Below the pieces are notes generated by a model, which made no database searches, was not told the origin of the DNA, and saw only the letters and a program-made list of their open reading frames with translations. From an uncultured Spirochaetaceae bacterium (GTDB lineage Bacteria; Spirochaetota; Spirochaetia; SZUA-6; RPPD01), in NCBI GenBank assembly GCA_964634205.1, contig CAZWKE010000015.1:66-64065 (forward strand): a stretch of 64,000 nt of DNA. The letters are read 5' to 3'. This document shows, one piece after another, positions 37,066 through 45,904 of the stretch. The number at the start of each line of letters is the position of its first letter. The stretch's first letter is position 1. The position numbers and the translations under genes are program-made.

Positions 37066-38454
37066 TTAAAACTCGGCGCTGGTGTAGGCCCGGGGAAAGG
37101 GAATGACATCGCGGATGTTCTGCATGCCCGTGATGAACTGTACCAGGCGTTCCAGGCCCAGGCCGAACCCCGAGTGGGGAACCGAGCCGTATTTACGCAG
37201 CTCCAGGTACCACCAGTAGTCCTTTTCGTTCAGTCCGAGCTCCCGGAGCCGCGCCAGTAGTCTGTTATAGTCCGCCTCACGCTCACTGCCCCCGATGATT
37301 TCTCCGATCTTGGGAACCAACACGTCCATGGCACGAACGGTTTTGTTGTCCTGGTTAATTTTCATGTAAAAGGCTTTTATCTCTTTGGGGTAATCGGTGA
37401 TGATTACGGGATTGTTATAAACCTGCTCGGTCAGGTACTTTTCGTGCTCGGACTGCAGGTCTATGCCCCACTTTACGGGAAACTCGAAATCCACGCCGGC
37501 CTTTTCCAGCTCGGTTACGGCTTGTGTATAGGTAATACGGGTGAAGGTGGAGTTCACGATGTTTTCCAGGGTCTCCAGGCGTCCTTTCTCAATCCATTTG
37601 TTGAAGAACTCCATGTCGGGCGCGCACTGTTTCAGCACGGAGGAAATGATGTATTTCAAAAACTCCTCGGCCGTGTCCATGTTCAGGTTGATGTCGCAGA
37701 AGGCCATCTCCGGCTCCACCATCCAAAACTCGGCCAGGTGCCGGCTTGTCAGTGAGTGCTCGGCGCGAAAGGTGGGGCCGAAGGTGTAGATGTTCCCCAG
37801 GGCACAGGCGTAGATCTCGCCCTCAAGCTGTCCGCTGACCGTGAGGTAGGTCTTTTTGCCGAAAAAATCCTTGCTGAAATCCACGTTCCCGGCCTCAAGC
37901 GGCGGTTTTTCCATGGGCAGGGTGGTAACCTGGAACATCCGGCCCGCGCCCTCACAGTCGCTGGCAGTGATGATGGGGGTGTGGATATATAAAAAACCGC
38001 GCTCCTGAAAAAAACGGTGAATGGCGAAGCTTAAGGCGTTCCTGACCCTGGTTACGGCGCCGAAGGTGTTGGTGCGCGGCCGCAGGTGGGCGATCTCGCG
38101 CAGGTACTCAAAGGAATGGTGCTTCTTCTGCAGGGGGTACTCATCGGCCGGGGACCTGCCCAGCATGGTGATACTTTCCGCGGCCAGCTCCATGTCCTGT
38201 TTGCCTCCGGGGGAAGCCTTGAGTGTGCCCCGGGCCTCGATACCGGCGCCCGTGGTCAGGTCGGGTATCAGCCGGGCCAGGGCGGGATTTGATTTATCGA
38301 TAAACACCTGCAGGTTGGTAATGATCGAACCGTCGTTAAGCTCAATAAAGCAGAAGCTCTTGGAATCCCGTGAAGTGCGGATCCAGCCGTACACCCGCAG
38401 GTCGGTATTAAGCGGCTTTTGGTCCAGGATGTCTTTGATGCGCATGGTCTGCAT
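37066..38454 (-). CDS. asnS: Asparagine--tRNA ligase
   Basis: 462 aa. N-terminal OB anticodon-binding domain. Class II motifs FRAEHSLTSRHLAEFWMVEPE and GFGLGLERL. Confidence 0.9.
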   Translation of the reverse strand: MQTMRIKDILDQKPLNTDLRVYGWIRTSRDSKSFCFIELNDGSIITNLQVFIDKSNPALARLIPDLTTGAGIEARGTLKASPGGKQDMELAAESITMLGRSPADEYPLQKKHHSFEYLREIAHLRPRTNTFGAVTRVRNALSFAIHRFFQERGFLYIHTPIITASDCEGAGRMFQVTTLPMEKPPLEAGNVDFSKDFFGKKTYLTVSGQLEGEIYACALGNIYTFGPTFRAEHSLTSRHLAEFWMVEPEMAFCDINLNMDTAEEFLKYIISSVLKQCAPDMEFFNKWIEKGRLETLENIVNSTFTRITYTQAVTELEKAGVDFEFPVKWGIDLQSEHEKYLTEQVYNNPVIITDYPKEIKAFYMKINQDNKTVRAMDVLVPKIGEIIGGSEREADYNRLLARLRELGLNEKDYWWYLELRKYGSVPHSGFGLGLERLVQFITGMQNIRDVIPFPRAYTSAEF

Positions 38455-38466
38455 GGCTGTTCCTCC

Positions 38467-39702
38467 TTAAAACAGGTACAGCGGGTGCGAGTCAGGGTTC
38501 TTGCCGAAAAAAGTGATGTCGTCAACCTTGCCTACTTTTTCCCCGCGCAGCAGGGCGAACAGGGTTCGTTCCACCCCGATGCCGCCGCCCATGGTTTCCG
38601 GGAACAGCGGGCTGCCGTCCTCGTCCTTTAAAGAAGTAAAATATAGAAAAGGCCCATACCCGCCCAGGCTTTCGATGTTTTCGATATTCCCGTCTTTTAT
38701 CACCGGTCTCACTCCGAGTACGCGATTGTCCAGAATCCTCTCTACAATGGGCTCAAACAGCCACTCACGGATGGCGCCCGAGAGGATCTCCCTGGCCGGA
38801 GTCTGTTTTCCCGTTTTGGCGTTAATGCTTTTGGCAATAATATCGAAGTTAAAGATGGAAGACGAGTCTACCTTGGCGAGGTCTATTGTACTCCCGTCCT
38901 CGAACAAATACGGAAATACCAGATCATAGTTTTCCCGGAACAGGCCCGTGATCCAGAAGAACTGGGAGGGGGTCTCCCGGCCGCAGTGCTCCTCATATGC
39001 TTTAGCCCCGTACTTTTGCACGCTCTTGTCCTTGGCAAAGCGGGGAAAGGGTATCTGCGGTACCTCCACGGCGATCCCCAGGTTTTTCAGATTTTCCGCG
39101 CACTTTGTAACCAGTGCCTCCATGGCGGCGGCCAGCATGCGCTCAAAAAAGTTAATCACCCGGTCAAAATCCTCGCGCAGAATTCCGGTGACCATCTTCG
39201 GTTTGTGGTAGTAATCTTCCAACGTTACGTACCGGTTGCGGCGCAGCTCCACGTCTATCTGAGAAAAGTCCGCCAAATACTTGCCCCTCTGGATGTTGTT
39301 GGGGCTTTCCAGCTCCAGCCTGATGTTGGGGGAGTCCACGTAGATGCCTTTGATCTTTTTATTGGCGCAGGCCATGAACTTGCTGTAGATCATGCTGTGT
39401 GTGGTAACATAGGTGTGTCCCTTGTAGGCAATTGTCGGCGTGTGTTCGATGTCATGTGCCAGGGGATCGGTAAGGATACTGAGCATGACCTTTTCGATGT
39501 TATGCAGCCCCTCGGCCGCCAAAAAATCCGTGCATGCCTGTACCAGCGCTGTGCGTACGGCCATAACATGGTACATCTCGTCCGAGATCCATTTTTTGCA
39601 GTAGTTCCGGCGGATAAACTCTTCCAGGCTGCTGCCTTCCTGTTTTAGCGCCGCCTGAAAGTTGCCCAGGCTCTGTCCGATGGTTTTCATACTGTCTTCC
39701 AT
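38467..39702 (-). CDS. Class II aminoacyl-tRNA-synthetase-like catalytic-domain protein lacking an anticodon-binding domain (AsnRS paralogue; AsnA-type asparagine synthetase or amino-acid ligase candidate)
   Basis: 411 aa. Motif 2-like IRLELESPNNIQRGKYLADFSQIDVEL. Motif 3 GGGIGVERTLFALL. No OB fold. Lies 13 nt from asnS on the same strand. Confidence 0.6.
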   Translation of the reverse strand: MEDSMKTIGQSLGNFQAALKQEGSSLEEFIRRNYCKKWISDEMYHVMAVRTALVQACTDFLAAEGLHNIEKVMLSILTDPLAHDIEHTPTIAYKGHTYVTTHSMIYSKFMACANKKIKGIYVDSPNIRLELESPNNIQRGKYLADFSQIDVELRRNRYVTLEDYYHKPKMVTGILREDFDRVINFFERMLAAAMEALVTKCAENLKNLGIAVEVPQIPFPRFAKDKSVQKYGAKAYEEHCGRETPSQFFWITGLFRENYDLVFPYLFEDGSTIDLAKVDSSSIFNFDIIAKSINAKTGKQTPAREILSGAIREWLFEPIVERILDNRVLGVRPVIKDGNIENIESLGGYGPFLYFTSLKDEDGSPLFPETMGGGIGVERTLFALLRGEKVGKVDDITFFGKNPDSHPLYLF

Positions 39703-39969
39703 AACGGCCTGCTCCTATTTCGGTTATAAATTTATCAATAATTTATTCTCCTGAAAGGAGATATAAGAAAAAAAATCACAAGCTTCGCAGCACTACATAA
39801 GAATTACCATAGAACACGGGGAAAGTCAAATAATAAAAAAGCGGCCGCTGTTTTTTCATAACGTATGATACCTTTTACCGTAAAATTTGTTTTAATTAAT
39901 GCAACAAAATGGGCGGCGATACATCATAAAAGGAGAGTGCCGGTAACTTCGGTCTTGAAGGAGTAATTT

Positions 39970-40959
39970 ATGTTGGATAAACAAACCCATTATACAATAG
40001 AAGAATTAAAGGCGCTGTTGAATTATTATATTGATAACAACGGTGCAATTCTGGGTAAAACATACTTCAAAAAGCATTTGTACAAAGGAAACAAACTGCT
40101 TCCACCGGGGATGGACAGCATCGGCCGGTTTTTGAATGATTTTGTGTATAATTGACGGAAACCCCGGCATGAGGGAATTTGGTTTGGCGATTCGGCCCGA
40201 ACTGGTATATAATTACCTATTACGGAACTGCAGAAATACACCGTTTTTGGGGGAAAACAGTCTGAAGATATCGTTAAAAATATACAGAGCCTCCGTACGG
40301 ATGTACTGCCGGCAAAGAATAATTTTATCGAGATCACCCCGGCCGATCCCCTGCGGCCCGGCAGCCGTTATATGGTGCGTTTTAATTACACGGACGGCAG
40401 CATCAGTTACAACTTTTTTACCGCGCCCTTAAACCCGGCCGAAACCGTAATCGGAGGCTTTGTCGGGAAGTTGCGCCGCAGTTTCGACCTGCGCGATCCT
40501 GATTTTGACGTGCGGGCGGCGCTAAAACTGGGGAAGAAAAAAGGGGAGCTGGAGGTGAAAAAAATCCGCGGGCAAAAGGTGGTGCTTGATAAAAAGTACT
40601 GCTTTTCCGTGGCCGTGCCCGAGGGCCGGGAGGTCGGCATGCAGAGGGACTGGCAGGAGATTCTTCTGAAGAGATCCTACTCCAGCATCAGCCTGTTTTT
40701 ATACGCCAAGGGCCGTGAGGACACCGCGCAGACCGTGATGCGGAACCTCGGCAAAAATGTCAAATACAAGCTGCTGGGGAAGACCGTGGTACACGGCAGC
40801 GAACTAAATGGCTATCGGGCGGAGTACGCATGGAAATACGACAATAAGGTGATTCATTACTATTGTGTTTTCGGGGATTATGCCCTGGGTATCTACGGGT
40901 ACGGGGTTACGGACGCCGAGATGCGCCGGGTATTCGAATCGTTTAAACGTACCGATTAA
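39970..40959 (+). pseudogene. Possible disrupted gene: a 61-aa ORF (39970-40155) and a 195-aa ORF (40372-40959) share a frame, separated by TGA and TAA stops
   Basis: Both ORFs are in frame 1. Sense-looking translation continues through 40213-40371 with no canonical start before the ATG at 40372. AT-rich context. Confidence 0.3.
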
Positions 40960-41049
40960 CGCCCCCCCGGAAAGAAAACCGGGCCTCCGCTTGACCTGTG
41001 GTATTACAATGTATTATATTAATACAAAGTATTACCGAGGATAGATACC

Positions 41050-41334
41050 ATGACGGAACATAAAAAAGAAGAGGTGATTACCTTCAAGGTGGACGAGTCC
41101 CTGGCCAAAGTGCTGAAGGGCATTCCCAACCGCAGCGAGTTTATCCGCAGCGCGGTATTAAACGCGCTGGACAACAGTTGCCCGTTGTGCCGCGGTTTGG
41201 GTACCTTTACCCCGGACCAATGGCGGCATTGGGAGGCGTTCAGCCGCGAACACCCGCTTGAAGAATGCGGGGACTGCCACTCCATGCATCTGGTGTGCAG
41301 GCATGAGCAGGAGGATACGCATGATAAGCGTTAA
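41050..41334 (+). CDS. Ribbon-helix-helix (CopG/NikR-N-like) regulator with C-terminal Cys4/His metal-binding tail
   Basis: RHH strand-helix-helix VITFKVDESLAKVLKGIPNRSEFIRSAVLNAL. C-terminal CPLCRG...CGDCHSMHLVCRHE. The stop overlaps the znuA start. Confidence 0.6.
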   Translation: MTEHKKEEVITFKVDESLAKVLKGIPNRSEFIRSAVLNALDNSCPLCRGLGTFTPDQWRHWEAFSREHPLEECGDCHSMHLVCRHEQEDTHDKR

Positions 41335-42220
41335 ACATCTTGCCGCCGTGTTTTTTATTGCCCTGCTCCTGCTTTTTTCCTGTGAAAGGGAGCGGTCGTC
41401 ACACAAGCCCCGGGTTGTGGTCGGCATTATGCCCCAGAAGTATCTCCTGGAGCGACTCGGCGGCGAATATCTTGATATAAGCGTATTGGTGCAGCCCGGG
41501 GAAAGCCCCCATACCTTCATCATCACGCCCCGCCAGGCAGACAGTCTTATCAGTGCCGGGGCCTTTTTTGTCAGCGGACTGGAGTTTGAGGATATACTCC
41601 TGACAAAACTCAGGTCACAGCTGCAGGGTGTACTGATCGTGAATACCGCACGCGATATTACCCTGCGTACCTTTCGCCGGCCGGTCGGGGAACAGGCCGT
41701 CAATGTGGACACGCGCGATCACGGTATTACAGATCCGCACACCTGGCTTAATCCGCTGTTTTTTATCACCCAGGCCCGGGCCATGCGTGACGCCTTGTGT
41801 GAGCTGGATCCACAGCACGCGTCCGCGTATAAACAAAACTTTAAGATTCTGGCCGATGAACTGCGGGACCTGGACAAACGAATAAGAGTACTGCTGGAAC
41901 CGGTTCGGGGCAGGGTGCTGTTGGTCTTCCACCCGGCTTTCGGTTATTTTGCCGATGCCTACGGCCTTGTCCAGGCAGCCGTAGAAGCCGAGGGGAAGGC
42001 GGCGGGTTCCTGGGATATGGAAAAAACCATTGAGTTTATTAAAAACAACAATATCAGGGTTCTTTTCACCCAACCGCAGGACCCCGGGTCCCATGTAAGT
42101 GCTTTGGCCGACGCCTTGAAATTACAGGTTGTGGTCCTTGATCCTTTGGCGTTTGATTATGAAAAAAACCTGCTTGCCATGGCGGATAAAATAAAACAGG
42201 CCCTGGAACAGGGGCGCTGA
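41321..42220 (+). CDS. znuA: Zinc/manganese ABC transporter substrate-binding lipoprotein (ZnuA/TroA family)
   Basis: Lipobox LLLLFSCE. Metal-coordinating His/Glu motifs (ESPHTF, DPHTWLNP). Start at M22 of the track ORF, with a GCAGGAGGA RBS. Confidence 0.8.
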   Translation: MISVKHLAAVFFIALLLLFSCERERSSHKPRVVVGIMPQKYLLERLGGEYLDISVLVQPGESPHTFIITPRQADSLISAGAFFVSGLEFEDILLTKLRSQLQGVLIVNTARDITLRTFRRPVGEQAVNVDTRDHGITDPHTWLNPLFFITQARAMRDALCELDPQHASAYKQNFKILADELRDLDKRIRVLLEPVRGRVLLVFHPAFGYFADAYGLVQAAVEAEGKAAGSWDMEKTIEFIKNNNIRVLFTQPQDPGSHVSALADALKLQVVVLDPLAFDYEKNLLAMADKIKQALEQGR

Positions 42221-42235
42221 AAAATAAGAACGGGT

Positions 42236-42988
42236 ATGAAAGAACAGATCGCGGTAGCGTTTGAAAAGGTAAGTTTCTCTTATAACAACCATCTGCTGTT
42301 TAAAGCGGTGGACCTTGCGGTGGAGGAGGGCGGTTTCGTTTCGGTGATCGGCCCCAATGGGGGGGGGAAGACTACTTTACTGAGGCTGATCCTGGGACTG
42401 CTGAAACCGCGGAGCGGCCGCATCCGGGTATTCGGGGAACACCCGAAGAATGCGCGTACCCGCATCGGGTATGTGGCCCAGTATTCCAGTTTTGACGAGC
42501 TTTTCCCCGTCACCGCCCTGGAGGTGGTGCTGATGGGAAGGATGGGGAACAGTCTTACGGGGAGTTATAACCGGCGGGACAGGCAGAAAGCGCTGGACAG
42601 CCTGGCTGAGGTCGGCCTGGCAAAGGCCGGGAGTATCGCTTTTTCCGAGCTTTCCGGCGGGCAAAGACAGCGGGTGCTCATAGCCAGGGCACTGGTAACC
42701 GAGCCCCGCCTGCTGCTGCTGGATGAGCCGAACTCCAATATCGATGTGGCCGTGGAGCGCAAGTTTGTCAACGTGCTGGAGGAACTGCACCGGAAAATGA
42801 CCATCATTATGGTTACCCATGATGTAGGTTTTGCCTCGCATTTGGTGCGGAACGTGATTTGTGTCAATAAAACACTCGCGGTTCATCCCACCAGCGGCCT
42901 GACAACCGAGGTGATCAATGATATGTACGGCCACAGAATGAATATTATTCAGCACGACAAAATATGTACCCCGGAGGAAGATGAGTGA
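42236..42988 (+). CDS. znuC: Zinc ABC transporter ATP-binding protein
   Basis: Walker A GPNGGGKTT, signature LSGGQRQRV, Walker B LLLLDEP. Confidence 0.85.
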   Translation: MKEQIAVAFEKVSFSYNNHLLFKAVDLAVEEGGFVSVIGPNGGGKTTLLRLILGLLKPRSGRIRVFGEHPKNARTRIGYVAQYSSFDELFPVTALEVVLMGRMGNSLTGSYNRRDRQKALDSLAEVGLAKAGSIAFSELSGGQRQRVLIARALVTEPRLLLLDEPNSNIDVAVERKFVNVLEELHRKMTIIMVTHDVGFASHLVRNVICVNKTLAVHPTSGLTTEVINDMYGHRMNIIQHDKICTPEEDE

Positions 42989-43845
42989 TCCTGGACGTAC
43001 TGTACGCGCTGTCGCCGTTTAAAAATCCGCTGATGACCCACGCGTTTATCGCCGCGATACTGTCCAGCATCTGTTTCGGGATTGTGGGCAGCTTTGTTGT
43101 GGTCAAGCGCATCAGCTCCATCGCCGGTTCTATTGCGCATTCATCTCTGGGCGGTATCGGCCTGGCGCTTTTTTTACAGTATAACCTGGGCATACTCTGG
43201 TTTTCTCCCCTGCTGGGCGCCCTGTTTTCCGCTTTGGTTTCGGCCCTGATCATCGGCCTGGTCAGCCTGTTTGCCTCACAGCGCGAGGACACGGTTATCG
43301 GTGTGGTATGGGCGGTGGGCATGGCAATCGGGCTGCTCTTTGTCACCCAAACCAAGCGGTACACCGATGCCATGAGTTACCTGTTCGGTGAAATCCTTTT
43401 TATTTCTCCTTCCGAGCTGTTGATCATAGTGGCGCTCGACGCCGTGATCATCAGTTTGTGTATGATATTCTACAATAAACTTCTGGCCGTCAGCTTTGAC
43501 CAGGAGTTTGCAAAACTCCGGGGGGTGCGGGTTGAGCTGTATTACCTGCTGTTACTGTTTCTGACCGCCCTTACCATTGTGTTGATGGCCATGATCGTCG
43601 GTATTTTGCTCGTGATTGCCCTACTCATTATCCCACAGGCCATTGCCGGGATGTTTTCCAAAAAACTGTGGCAGATGATGCTTGTTTCCACCCTGTTCTG
43701 TCTGGCCTTTACCACAGCCGGCCTCTATGTCAGTTATATCTATAATCTGTACGCCGGGCCCACCATTATTCTCTGTGCCGGGGGTGTTTACCTTCTGCTC
43801 TTGCTTTTCACCGTGTTTCGAAATAAACTGTTTCGGTCGGTGTAA
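42985..43845 (+). CDS. znuB: Zinc ABC transporter permease (ABC-3 family)
   Basis: 286 aa, 8-9 TM. 4-nt ATGA overlap with znuC. Confidence 0.85.
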   Translation: MILDVLYALSPFKNPLMTHAFIAAILSSICFGIVGSFVVVKRISSIAGSIAHSSLGGIGLALFLQYNLGILWFSPLLGALFSALVSALIIGLVSLFASQREDTVIGVVWAVGMAIGLLFVTQTKRYTDAMSYLFGEILFISPSELLIIVALDAVIISLCMIFYNKLLAVSFDQEFAKLRGVRVELYYLLLLFLTALTIVLMAMIVGILLVIALLIIPQAIAGMFSKKLWQMMLVSTLFCLAFTTAGLYVSYIYNLYAGPTIILCAGGVYLLLLLFTVFRNKLFRSV

Positions 43846-43876
43846 CTACGGACAATTTTGTGATATACTAGAACTT

Positions 43877-44536
43877 GTGAAGCGAACAATAACTGCCGTC
43901 ATTACCGTATGCCTTCTGATAACGGGGATACTCACCCTGGGGTACCTCTATGCCGTCGAGGCGGTGCATCCGGTTTACCGGGACGTCCCCAGTTCCGCGG
44001 AGCTGCCCTTTGACTCACGCTATAACCTGTTACAGACCTTCAATAATTGCGGCCCTTATAACTGCGCTATTGTGGTCCATGTGCTTACGGGCAGGAAGGT
44101 AAATGTGAAGGATTTTGTCAGAAAAATGGAGTGGCGGCTTCCCAATAAAACCACGCTTCCCTGGGGGCTGGAAAAAATACTTAATGAATACGGCGTAAAA
44201 ACGGAAGTGCCTTTTTTGGTCTTTTTTTCACCCGAACACCGCCTGGATTACCTCCGCGCGCAGCTTGCCCATGGCAAGCCGGTCATCCTTTTGGGATTAA
44301 AAAAGGGGATCGGGCATTATCTTACGCTGCTGGGATACAGCGGCAGTTTTTTCTATGTATACGATTCATGGCACGCAAAAAATCCCTTAAGAACCGGACA
44401 TTATACCTACGATGATAATGGTTCACTGCCGGGGAACATGACGCTTTCCGCGGATCAAATCCTGGACTTCTGGAAAGGCAGTGAAAAGTTTCTCTTTTTT
44501 GCCTGGTATGCCCTGGTGGCAGGGCCCGCTTCTTAA
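43877..44536 (+). CDS. Membrane-anchored papain-like cysteine peptidase (Peptidase_C39-like domain protein)
   Basis: GTG start after the znuB stop. N-terminal TM. Gln...Cys block LLQTFNNCGPYNCAIVVHVL and His block GIGHYLTLLGY as in C39-like peptidases. Confidence 0.5.
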   Translation: MKRTITAVITVCLLITGILTLGYLYAVEAVHPVYRDVPSSAELPFDSRYNLLQTFNNCGPYNCAIVVHVLTGRKVNVKDFVRKMEWRLPNKTTLPWGLEKILNEYGVKTEVPFLVFFSPEHRLDYLRAQLAHGKPVILLGLKKGIGHYLTLLGYSGSFFYVYDSWHAKNPLRTGHYTYDDNGSLPGNMTLSADQILDFWKGSEKFLFFAWYALVAGPAS

Positions 44537-44537
44537 G

Positions 44538-44705
44538 ATTTCCTGGGAATGACACTCAACTCACGTTTTTGGCCGGCGTGAATTACCTTCATGATAATAC
44601 GCTGCCCCGGTTTCCAGCGCGCCAGAATACGGTGGATATCATCTACCGTGCCGACCTCATATTCATCCAATCCATAAATAAGGTCGCCGCCGGTTGACGT
44701 GAGGG
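44538..44705 (-). pseudogene. Remnant encoding the C-terminal part of a PDZ domain (HtrA/periplasmic-protease-like); no start codon or upstream domain
   Basis: Minus-strand translation TSTGGDLIYGLDEYEVGTVDDIHRILARWKPGQRIIMKVIHAGQKRELSVIPRKS* is PDZ-like. It is preceded directly by an in-frame TAA. Confidence 0.3.
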
Positions 44706-44761
44706 AATAAAGAATTATTTACACTTGCAATTCTCCGCCTTTTTTGTCTAGAGTAGTAGCT

Positions 44762-44956
44762 ATGAACTGTCAGAATCAGAAACAAAACCAGGCACAGTGT
44801 AACTGTACCTACGAGGGCTGCCCGCGGTACGGTGTGTGTTGTGAGTGCATTACCTATCACCGCAGGATGAATGAGCTTCCGGCCTGTTATTTTAATAAAG
44901 AAGAAGAGCGGACCTATAACCGCAGTATCAGCTATTTTATCCGAAACCGGAGTTAG
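44762..44956 (+). CDS. Small cysteine-rich protein (8 Cys in 35 residues), unknown function
   Basis: MNCQNQKQNQAQCNCTYEGCPRYGVCCECITYHRRMNELPACYF... from the ATG at 44762. The track ORF starts at an upstream TTG. Confidence 0.4.
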   Translation: MNCQNQKQNQAQCNCTYEGCPRYGVCCECITYHRRMNELPACYFNKEEERTYNRSISYFIRNRS

Positions 44957-45837
44957 GCTTTTTCGGTATCGGTATCCGTGGCCACGGCCGGCTTCCCGCC
45001 GGCTGCGGGTGTAACCGCCGCGGAGGCTGTCTCCCGCTTAAAAAACCAGGATGCCGCGTCTTGCATAATCTGGGAAAGCATGAGTGCTTCTATATTATGT
45101 TTCCTGGTTTTCTCCAGTATTTTATTCCATCTGCCTTCCGAGTATTCTGCTTTTAAGCTGCGGACGGTCCGGGTTACCTGCTCTTTGACCTCCGGATCCC
45201 GCGCCGAATACGAGTCCAGCAGGTAGAGCGTCAAAACCAGGAGCACGATATCCTTGGTAATGTGTAACACTGAAATCAGGGTGTTTTTGCCGTCTTCCTC
45301 TTTGTTCTGCTGCAGCAGGGAAAAGGCGTAGTTCCATCGTATCCAGTCCCGGTGATGCGTACCGGCCATCTCCAGCAGGGAGTTGAAAAATGATTCGGCC
45401 TCTTCCGGATTATCGGAAAGCAGGTAGGGCAGGCTGAACTGGATGGAATACTTCTGAATGCGTGTGGGGCTTTTGTCCCGCAGGTGCTTCTCCAACTTCT
45501 TGATTTCTTCCAGGTTTGAAGTGACAATATAAGAGTTTATCAGGATCTTGATATAACTGCTCCTGGTGGAGCCCTTGTTGTATATGTTGTTTTCAAGAAA
45601 GCTGATCAACCCCTTCCAGTCTTCCCTTTCCAAATATGAGTAAAAACGCAGGTTCAGGAGAAAATAGATGTTAAAAACCGAGAGGAACACCAGAAAAACA
45701 ATTATGATGAGTAGATTCTGTCTGGCAACAAGCAGAAAACTCTCTTCTCCCATAAAAAAAAGCGGGGCAAAAAAAATCAAGATAAATGATAAGATCAGGA
45801 CAAGGTTAAAGGTGATAAAAAGCGCTTTAAATTTCAT
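44953..45837 (-). CDS. Hypothetical membrane protein (2 N-terminal TM helices plus helical cytoplasmic domain)
   Basis: 294 aa. Hydrophobic N-terminus FITFNLVLILSFILIFFAPLFF, a second TM, then a charged helical region. Confidence 0.45.
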   Translation of the reverse strand: MKFKALFITFNLVLILSFILIFFAPLFFMGEESFLLVARQNLLIIIVFLVFLSVFNIYFLLNLRFYSYLEREDWKGLISFLENNIYNKGSTRSSYIKILINSYIVTSNLEEIKKLEKHLRDKSPTRIQKYSIQFSLPYLLSDNPEEAESFFNSLLEMAGTHHRDWIRWNYAFSLLQQNKEEDGKNTLISVLHITKDIVLLVLTLYLLDSYSARDPEVKEQVTRTVRSLKAEYSEGRWNKILEKTRKHNIEALMLSQIMQDAASWFFKRETASAAVTPAAGGKPAVATDTDTEKA

Positions 45838-45904
45838 TGAACATCCTCTATACTAAGGGGTAATGTTATAATATAATCACACCCAGGTCAACAGGAGCCG
45901 GAGA

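Noticed and set aside
39845-39862. aaaaaagcggccgctgtttttt palindrome resembling a bidirectional terminator
   Set aside because: The stem is a loop-less 10-nt perfect palindrome (a NotI site), which is poor hairpin geometry. It sits in the promoter region of the aaRS paralogue.
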